NCBI GenBank assembly: GCA_964016885.1
Contig: OZ024743.1
Location: 229,090,001 to 229,154,000, forward strand
Reading direction: 5' to 3'
Length of the DNA stretch: 64,000 bases
Source of the DNA: Eledone cirrhosa
Taxonomy: Eukaryota
In this document: positions 55,484 through 64,000 of the stretch, one piece after another
Layout of the letters: every line of letters starts with the position of its first letter
Position numbering within the stretch: the stretch's first letter is position 1
Notes under the pieces: generated by a model
The model's database searches: none
What the model saw: the letters and a program-made list of their open reading frames with translations, nothing else
Told to the model about the DNA's origin: nothing
Made by a program: the position numbers and the translations under genes

Positions 55484-55699
55484 CGTGTAGGCGCCACGAA
55501 AAAGCACCCAGCACTCACTGTAAATGAGGTTGGTGTTAGGAAGGGCATCCAGCTGTAGAAATCAAGCCAGATCAGTTCCTGTATGAGCAAGGCATGGTCA
55601 GCCGACCAGACACTGCCCGCAACAGGACAACCCGTCTAACCCATGCTAGCGTGGAAGAACGGACGTAAAACGGTGATGATGATGATGATGATGATGATG
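55484..55699 (+). mobile_element. RTE 3' UTR fragment (subfamily B) with (GAT)n tail
   Basis: Near-identical to 2488-2690; preceded by (TA)n. Confidence 0.9.
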
Positions 55700-55751
55700 C
55701 GCATACATAAATTATCATCATTAAATAATGATGATTATGATGTATGTATAT

Positions 55752-56170
55752 ATCATCATCACCATTTCACGTCCATTTTTCCATGCTAACATGAATTAGA
55801 CAGTTGTGAGATAAGCCAGATCAGATGATCCTGTCTGGTTCATAAATGACTGATTTCGGCTTGGTTTCTATGACTGGATGCCCTTCCTAATGCCAAAGAC
55901 ATTGTAACTGTGTAAGACGTGTGTAACTGGATGCTTTTGCTGTGACACCTACATGATCAATTTACAGTGTGGGCTGGCACTTTTTTATCATGACACCTAC
56001 ACGGACACTTTACAGCATGGACTGGGTGCTTTTTGTCATGTCACCTACACGACCACTTTACAGTGTGGACTGGGTACGTTTTGCCATGGTAAAAAAGCAA
56101 CCACCTTACAATGTGGACTGGGGAACTTATCTGGTGAAGGGTGGGATTTTAGGACATGGGTGCAGTGTTA
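55752..56170 (-). mobile_element. Older RTE 3' UTR with four tandem ~48-bp modules
   Basis: (CAT)n tail, CTGGATGCCCTTCCTAA, then GACACCTACA....CACTTTACAGTGTGGACTGGGTGC repeated at ~55944-56125. Confidence 0.8.
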
Positions 56171-56200
56171 AGATGTGGGAGTTCTATGTACACACACATG

Positions 56201-56231
<31 letters not shown>

Positions 56232-57286
56232 TGGAATTGATCCATACCTCCATAGTTCAAAAGCTAGTCAAGAGTGTCTTTTGCAGGTTACTTTCAAACT
56301 TTTAATAACCAACATGGAGACAGAGTATTAGAGTGACAAAAATCTATTAGACACGCTAAGATACTAACAGGATATAAACAGTGGGGATATATATACATTG
56401 TGTGCACCTAGGTAAAATAAATATTACATAATAACGAGAAAAAGCAAAAGGGAGGTGGACATTTAAACAAGCTAAACAAAATGAGACAAAAGAAGTTATA
56501 TAGAGGATAAAATATATGCCTATAAAAATTAGAAAAATGTATATGATGAAAATAATTGTGCTGAATAAAATGAAAAGAAAAGGACCTGACATTTCAGGAC
56601 AAACTTTTTTTTCAAAGCTGATTCAAACAAGAAAATGAATATGAGTGGAAGTACAAGTGTGTCTGTATGTAGGTGTGGGTGTGTGAATATATGTATGTGT
56701 GTGTGTGTGCACATCGATGTGTGAGTGTGTGTAGGACGTAAGAAATGAAAATATGACTATGGGAGGTGAATAATGAAAGGATAGGGGAGGAAAATGGAGT
56801 TAAAGAGAAAACCCATCATAATTGCAATTACTAATTGTTCAAGCAGACAGAGAAGAAAATAGAAATCTGTTCCCTAATTTCTACCAGTATTGTTCAGTTC
56901 CTTACCATTTCCCCTGGCTTTTATCTTAACTTACTTTCAGCCTGATTTACCTTGCATCACATTTTATTACAAAAATCTAATTCTAAGTTCATAGATGTTT
57001 GTAAGTTCAAGACAAAGAGATGGAACATTTGCCCTTCCACATAAAGAAACATACATGCATACAGTGCACACATATACAGTGCACACATATACAGTGCACA
57101 TATACAGTGGTCATATGCATGCATACACACATGGATACATCTGCACATGCACACAGACACATATACACATATACATGTATATATATATATTTATATAAGC
57201 ATGCACATATGCACACACACACATATATATACACACATCTGCCTCATATTGAATGAGAGTTTACAAACATATAACATGCACATACG

Positions 57287-57320
<34 letters not shown>

Positions 57321-58628
57321 TATGCATACACATACACACTCCTGCTTCATATTGAATGAGAGTTTGATAATTTAGTTTCCATTGCTATGCCGATAAAGTA
57401 AAGAAATAAAATATAGAAAAACTATAAAATAAATAATTTGTCTAAACAAAAGTAGGCAGCAGATTGCAGCAGTATCATTAACATGCATCTTTGGCATTGT
57501 CTTGTTTATGCAGTTGCACTCTTGCATTAGATAAACATGCATTGTTCTGTCCAGAGCTGAAACTAACTAACCAGCCACTAACCAGACAGGATGGTAGAAG
57601 ACAAAGACAGCTTCAGAAACACTCACATACACATACACACACAAACACGCTTCCACATTTACATGTTCCCACCCATGCACACATATCCATACACAAACAT
57701 ACACACATGCACTCATATACACATGTATGTGTATATGCATACATACAAACAGACACACATACATGCACAAATTTGAAGAAATTGAGAAAGAAAGACAGGG
57801 AAGGCATATAATTCAATTTGTTGAATAGCACTTTGAAGAAAAAGTAGAGAGTTTGTGTCGATGGTAAGAGAAACTGTACAAGTGCATGATGAAAAGAAAT
57901 TAAAGGAATATTAGTTTAACATCAAGGCTTAATTCTACAGGAAACACTGGTTAAAATGCATTTCAAATACATTAAGAAAATGAAAAGGCTTTCATTGAAT
58001 TTTGAGAATTAAACATTAAGAAAAGCAGCAAAGACTAATGAATGCTGGCTCATAAGGAAAAGGGAGATAATCATGTAAGTAAGGAAGGAGATTTCCTTTG
58101 TATATAGTTCACTGGATAGACAAGTAAAGAACACAAAAGAAAATGAAGAGTATCTTACAAAGAAAATACATGTATTAATGTGTGCGTGTGTGTGTGAGTG
58201 ATTGCAAGTCAATGTGTGTGTGTATATGAGTGAGTTTGTGTGTGTAGCTTTAATATGTGTGTACCTGCGTGTTTTGTATTAGTGATAGTGTATCCATGTG
58301 TTTGTATGTGTGTGATCATCATCATTGTTAAATCTGTTATTCCATGCTGGCATGGTTTAGATGAAACTTTTGTGGGGCAGAGTTCTATGGCCATATGCCA
58401 ACCATTGCTTGCTACACTATAACTCAGATGTCAGACCACTCAGCTGTGGGGATATGAACGGGTGTTCAAACAGTGCATGTGTTAGGACACACAAAGCAAA
58501 ACCTGTATGTATGCACACACACACACACACACACAACCATTACACATCTATTTTTGGTGAGCCACTAAGTTACGAGACATAAACAGATAAAGACACAAAC
58601 ATAAACACAGACACGAACGGATACTATG

Positions 58629-58659
<31 letters not shown>

Positions 58660-58823
58660 GCATGTGTATATACACACACAGAAACACACACACACACACA
58701 CACAATAACATACACACATTATTTGGCAGTTCCGTTTACTAAATTTCTCTCATATGGCATTTGTTAACTCATAGTAACTCTAAAAGCCAAAGGTGCCATG
58801 CAAATTTCTTAATGACTGTGAGA

Positions 58824-58895
<72 letters not shown>

Positions 58896-61150
58896 ATGTG
58901 TGTGTGTGCATGTGTGCATGTTTGGACCATTGGCAGTTCTGATAAGTGTTCCAGTTGATCTGATCAACAGAACAGCCAGTGTGTGAAATTACCATGCAAA
59001 TATCTGACCATTACATAAACCCATGAACCCTTAACATAGATCTCAGGGAAATTCAGTGTGATGTAGTGGGTGTAGAAGAGCTTTGAAATGCAGGTACAAC
59101 TCATTTTTGCCAGCTGAGTAAACTTAACATTGATGTTTGTTTATATCCTGCATAAACAGAGCATCATGCAGCTTATCAGTTTGATGAAGGTGAAAAATAT
59201 ACACCATACTTAAAAATTAAGTATGGAAAAACAACAAAGATAATTATGACTACATATGCTCAAGTACAACACAAAATTTATGATTAAAAATCTATGATAA
59301 TTAACAAACCCAAAACTAATTAGAAATACCCCTCAAAGCATTTCCCAAGATTACAAGATCAAGAAACATAAGGAGTGAAACAGTGTATAAAATATTTAAT
59401 ATATATATTCTGGAGTTGTTTATATTTGTCAAGTGACTTGAACAGAGAGTGCATATGGAAACTGCTAAGTTATTCACTAAGTCCTTAACTAGCCGAGTAG
59501 TTTACACAAACCGTTTCATTACAATATTTCTAATAAAAGATACTACTCATGATTTTCAAATAATTTTGAAAATAACAAAGAATTTAACTTTCTCATTCAA
59601 GGTTCTTGGATAAAATTATGATGAAAGGGTTTTAGATAAATATAAATGCCTTAAAATAAAGAGCCTTGTGTCATAGAACCGGTGCAGGTTTTAGGTGATT
59701 TGATATCAAAAGGGTTAATCACTTACGTGGAACTACAAAATGACTCCATATTTGTTTGAAAAAAAAAATTATTCAGAAGATTGGCATGATTAGAGTTTTG
59801 AAAGGTGGTATGAAATAGATATCTATCGTTCGTTGACATAGCATTATTAAGTCAGTTTCTGGAAGGTACCTTTGTAAATTAATTAGTGTCTAGTTTGGTA
59901 TTCTCACCTGCTCTGTTAAGTGTTTTTGCTAGTCAAGAAGATTGGCAGTTGTAATATTAGTAATGGCAAGAGTGGAAAGATAGCTTTAGTGTGTGTTGAA
60001 AGAGCAACCAATATATTCATGTATGCATACATACAGACAGGCTCAATTACAGACATAGACACATAGATAATTAAATCAATACATACATACAGAAAGAGAC
60101 AGACAGACACTCACACACATCATATATATATATATATATATATATATTATACACTTGGTCTATGGGAGGAAGAAGTGACAAGAGATCTGGAACCTTCAAA
60201 ATCTGTAAAACATTTTTAAATTCATAGGATGGATGACTACACAAAAGATGATGTGATGATAATTTCTTTTCTTTTCCGACCTAAGCATCACAAAGATGGC
60301 TGGTTCAAATAAACTCAAAATTAAGAAAAAGAGATATTCCTACATGCATGAAATACTAGCATATATACATGTCATACATATCTACATACATAGCATACAT
60401 ACAGGCTATATGTATATATGGCCTGTATGTATGCTATGTATGTAGAGATGTATGACATGTATCTATGGCTAGTATTTAATATATGTAGGAATATCTCTTT
60501 TTTACATGCAGGTATACATACAGGCAGACATACATACTTAGATACACAGACAAACAGATAAGCAGATAGAGTGGCTTGACAAGGATGTCTGATATGTATA
60601 GAATATTTCACAGGATATCTTATGATAACTAGTATAATGAACTACAATCAAATAAGAAAATGAACTACAATCAAATAAGAAAAAGGAGGAGGTAAATAAT
60701 TAAGCAATAAAATGAATATCAAAGATGTTAAAATAACCAAAAGAATAAACAGTAATTAAAATAATTAAAATAGCTAGGCTAATTTGTTTCATTATTGATC
60801 AATGGATTGTTTATATGTTTATATATATATATGTGCATATCACCATCATCAGCAGCACTGTTTAACATCCATTTTTCCATGCTAGCATGAGTTAGAAGAG
60901 TTGACTCATTGTGAAATGAGTCAGATTACATGACCATGCCTTGTTCATACTAAACTGTTTCTGGCTTGGTTTCTATGTTTGGATGCCTTTCCTAATCCCA
61001 ATCACATTTACATTTTGGACTGGGTACTTTTTGTTGTGACACACACATATATACATACATACACACACACATATATACATACACACACATATATACATAC
61101 ATACACACACACACACACACATATACATACACACACATATATAGATACAT

Positions 61151-61182
<32 letters not shown>

Positions 61183-61733
61183 CATACACACACACACATA
61201 TATATATATGTATGCATGTATGTACGTATATGTGTGTGTGTGTATATATATATATACACTCATACACATATACATACATACATACACACACATATATATA
61301 TAATAGAAAACATTTCAATGCAATTTTATAATTTTGTAAAACAAAACAGAAGTAACGTCCTCTTTAATAATGAACATGATTAAATCTGTGAATTAGCTTT
61401 TTCAAGTAGGTTTTGAATACTGGTTTGTTGATGTTATTGTTATTGCTATTGCTGTTATTGTTATTGCTGTTATTGTTATTTCTGTCATTCCTCTCATGTG
61501 CTGATCGTGTCAATGTTGAACTAGTTTACTCAAATTACTGCTCTATTTTTATTGGCAAACTCTGCTAGTATTAATTAAAGAACTAATTCATGTTATCTGT
61601 CTGTCATTCTCCCTCTTTAATTTTCTCTCTTTCTAAAATTGATACTTATTGATTTGAACAAACTTATGTTAGAAACAGCAAAAATTGGTTGTGAAATAGA
61701 ATGAGTGGTTCAATACCTGGAGTAGAAAATAGT

Positions 61734-61998
61734 TTAACCCTTTCAATCCCATATTTTTAATGAAATACACTATTCAGATGTGACAACTGATTTAAAAAAT
61801 ATGAATTTGGAAGGATTTAGTAAAAAAAAAAAAAAACTAACTTTTTCGTTATTAAGATTGTATTAAGAACATTCCTTAATTCTTTTTTTATTGAAAGTTA
61901 GGTCGGAAAGATTGAATATGAATTCTTTAAAATAAAATTTTATTTTTTAACTATAAAAATATAGGTGGTTTCTAGCAGGTTGGTATCAAACAGGTTAA
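61734..61998. mobile_element. TTAA-flanked MITE
   Basis: TTAACCCTTTC ... GGTATCAAACAGGTTAA; same family at ~26404, 31894-32116, 48856, 53696 and 59500-59718. Confidence 0.65.
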
Positions 61999-62542
61999 GA
62001 CCAATACCAACACCACACGTCCACACTGTCTATGTCATATTGTGGACTTTTAATTGTGGTTGAAGGGACAGCATAAGTAAACTGGGTCTCTGAACCAGAG
62101 TTTGTTGCAGCATGTTGGCAAATCTTTCTCAAACAATCAAATAGCAATTTTTTTATTGCAGTCTATGGTGATTCTGTAACAGCAGTACATTACAAATGTA
62201 GGAACAATGTATTTCATTGTTGTGTTGGTGCCATTAACACAGTACACTCTGTTGGTGATGAGTAATATTCTACTGTAGTAAAATGCTGCTCATCATCAAC
62301 ATGAAATTCCACTGAGCTTCTATTAAAAAAGAGCTCCTACCCTTAAATTTTATGAAATATGAGATAAAAATATAAACTGTTTTTTTTTTGTTTTTTTTTT
62401 ACTTTACTCAAAATTTCACTTTTCTGTTTCTAATTTACTTTGTACCATCTTTCCCAAAACAATCAAAGCCATATTTATAACTTTATATATATGCATGTGT
62501 ATATTGCTGGCTCCTTTAAATATATGTCTATTTTCTCTCTCT

Positions 62543-62588
<46 letters not shown>

Positions 62589-62608
62589 CATACACATGTA
62601 TATAAATG

Positions 62609-62640
<32 letters not shown>

Positions 62641-62728
62641 CAAATTTTGTATTTTTGTTAATCGCTTGTTAAATGCATGGACCCCACTCAATCATTACCT
62701 TCTTGCTAGCTACCCAACACCCCTCCCA

Positions 62729-62824
62729 CCCCCACGCACCACCATTGCTATTACGTGGACCAATCATAAAACAGAGCCCCCACGCATCACCAGTATTATT
62801 ACGCGGACCAATCAGAAACCAGAG
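62729..62824 (+). promoter_or_regulatory. Duplicated 48-bp unit, each with a CCAAT box (candidate internal Pol II promoter)
   Basis: CCCCACGCA.CACCA.T..TATTACG.GGACCAATCA.AAA.CAGAG twice; CCAAT at 62760 and 62808 in the NF-Y-like context GGACCAATCA. Confidence 0.5.
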
Positions 62825-62938
62825 GCCTATACTATCGCTTGCCTGGTTGCCTTTCGATATACGATATATGATGGATGGATGGACTGCGGAATCCTGGAGA
62901 GTGGAGGTGAGAGAGAAAAATCTGGACGCTCAGCGACA

Positions 62939-63091
62939 ATGCCAAAGATAAAGACAAATTCACCTCTTGGACGAGAATGCGAGCACTCCTCATTGTTTCG
63001 ACCGCGGACGGCTAACATAACCCCATCGCCCCCCGCCCCTCACCGCCCCAACCCCCAAACGCAATCCAAAACTTCAGAGTTGGTACCATAA
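62939..63091 (+). CDS. Candidate short upstream ORF (50 aa) overlapping the RTE main ORF
   Basis: MPKIKTNSPLG...SELVP*; overlaps the EN frame by 76 nt, like the short first ORF proposed for C. elegans RTE-1. An in-frame ATG at 62879 would extend it to 70 aa. Confidence 0.4.
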   Translation: MPKIKTNSPLGRECEHSSLFRPRTANITPSPPAPHRPNPQTQSKTSELVP

Positions 63092-64000
63092 ATGTAGGCA
63101 CCCTAAAGGGTCGCGCTAACGAGGTTGTAGAAATGCTTGAACGTAAGGAGGTCGATGTTTGTTGTATTCAAGAGACCAGGTGGAGGGGTGGGACTGCTAG
63201 GTTCATTGAGGGTAAAAAACGATGTTATAAGCTTTTCTGGGTGGGAAACGACGATGGGCTGGGTGGAGTAGGAATCATGGTAGCAGAAAAGTGGGCAGAT
63301 AAGATAATAGACGTAAATAGAGTGAACGACAGAATAATTAAAATACGACTTGTCCTCAATAGAACTACGGTGACAGTAATATCTGCGTACGCACCCCAAT
63401 CCGGACTGCCCGGCACTATAAAAGACAGATTCTATGAGACACTGATGCTAACTACCTCCCAAATATCCGACAGTGACTATATAATTATCGCAGGCGACCT
63501 AAATGGTCACGTTGGACAACATTGTGACGGCTACGACGAAATCCATGGAGGCTATGGGTTTGGTACTAGAAATGAGGAAGGCGCCAGAATCCTGGAATTC
63601 TGTGATGCAAATAACCTAACTATCTGTAACACTAACTTCAAAAAACGTGACAATCACCTGATCACCTATAGATCCGGGGAACACACAAGCCAGGTAGATT
63701 ATATCCTTACCAGAAGACGTGACAGAGTGTCTGTTGTTAACACTAAATCCCTCCCCCATGAAGAATGCACCTCCCAACATAGACTGATAATTAGCGACCT
63801 CATAGTCAGGACGAGACGTACTCGACAACAGAAGAGGACTATCCTCAGGAGGAAAATATGGAAGCTAAAGGACCCCACAGCCAGGAATAAATTTCAAAGC
63901 ATATTACTTGATGCTTTCGACAGTAAGGAAGAACATTTAGAGTCGGACAATATAGAGGGAGAGTGGGAATTTCTGAAAGCAAACCTGCTGTTGGCGACAG
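63016..64000 (+). CDS. RTE AP-endonuclease domain (open to window end; absent from the ORF track)
   Basis: My translation: FRVGTINVGTL, DVCCIQETRW, GGVGIMV, SAYAPQ, AGDLNGHVG, RNEEG, VDYIL, SQHR; no stop from 63016 to 64000; first in-frame ATG at 63133. Confidence 0.93.

Larger units (their letters stand above)
62641..64000 (+). mobile_element. 5' part of an apparently full-length RTE LINE (subfamily A), continues beyond the window
   Basis: 63603-64000 is near-identical to 5701-6099; upstream lie the complete AP-endonuclease N-terminus and a CpG-containing 5' UTR; preceded by (TA)n. Confidence 0.93.

Noticed and set aside
57239-57365. 24-bp direct repeat CTGC.TCATATTGAATGAGAGTTT around a CA tract, and small duplications at ~35866-35902 and ~60637-60682
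   Set aside because: Best explained as ordinary local tandem duplication with microsatellite drift.
62641-63030. HDV-like ribozyme in the RTE 5' UTR
   Set aside because: GGCTAA and CTCCTC fragments are suggestive, but I could not assemble a consistent P1-P4 double pseudoknot by eye; it needs a descriptor search.
63054-63060. CCCAAAC as a -1 slippery heptamer
   Set aside because: It is phased in the downstream EN frame, not in the upstream ORF frame, so it does not fit X XXY YYZ for this shift.

Overview
AT-rich, repeat-saturated animal genomic DNA (intronic or intergenic). The SINE and LINE repertoire and the microsatellite load suggest a coleoid cephalopod such as Octopus; this is an inference. 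No host protein-coding gene can be supported, and almost all short ORFs in the track are microsatellite artefacts. Real coding sequence comes from mobile elements. (1) A young RTE-clade LINE is present as a 5'-truncated copy with an open ORF (5701-8577), a reverse 3' fragment (2987-3931) and an apparently full 5' end running off the window (62641-64000). Its RT carries a C4HC3 PHD finger between RT motifs 6 and 7, its young copies all sit in (TA)n arrays, its 3' UTR is a chain of hairpin modules ending in (GAT)n, and its main ORF has no in-frame AUG before the first endonuclease motif. (2) A Naiad-type Penelope-like element with 419-bp inverted pseudo-LTRs, a frameshifted GIY-YIG remnant and a hammerhead-ribozyme fold with a non-canonical core. 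(3) An internally deleted DD37D (maT) transposon. (4) A second, PHD-less RTE inside a 31-bp minisatellite. (5) A Dong/R4-like relic, many tRNA-derived SINEs, and TTAA- and hAT-like MITEs.
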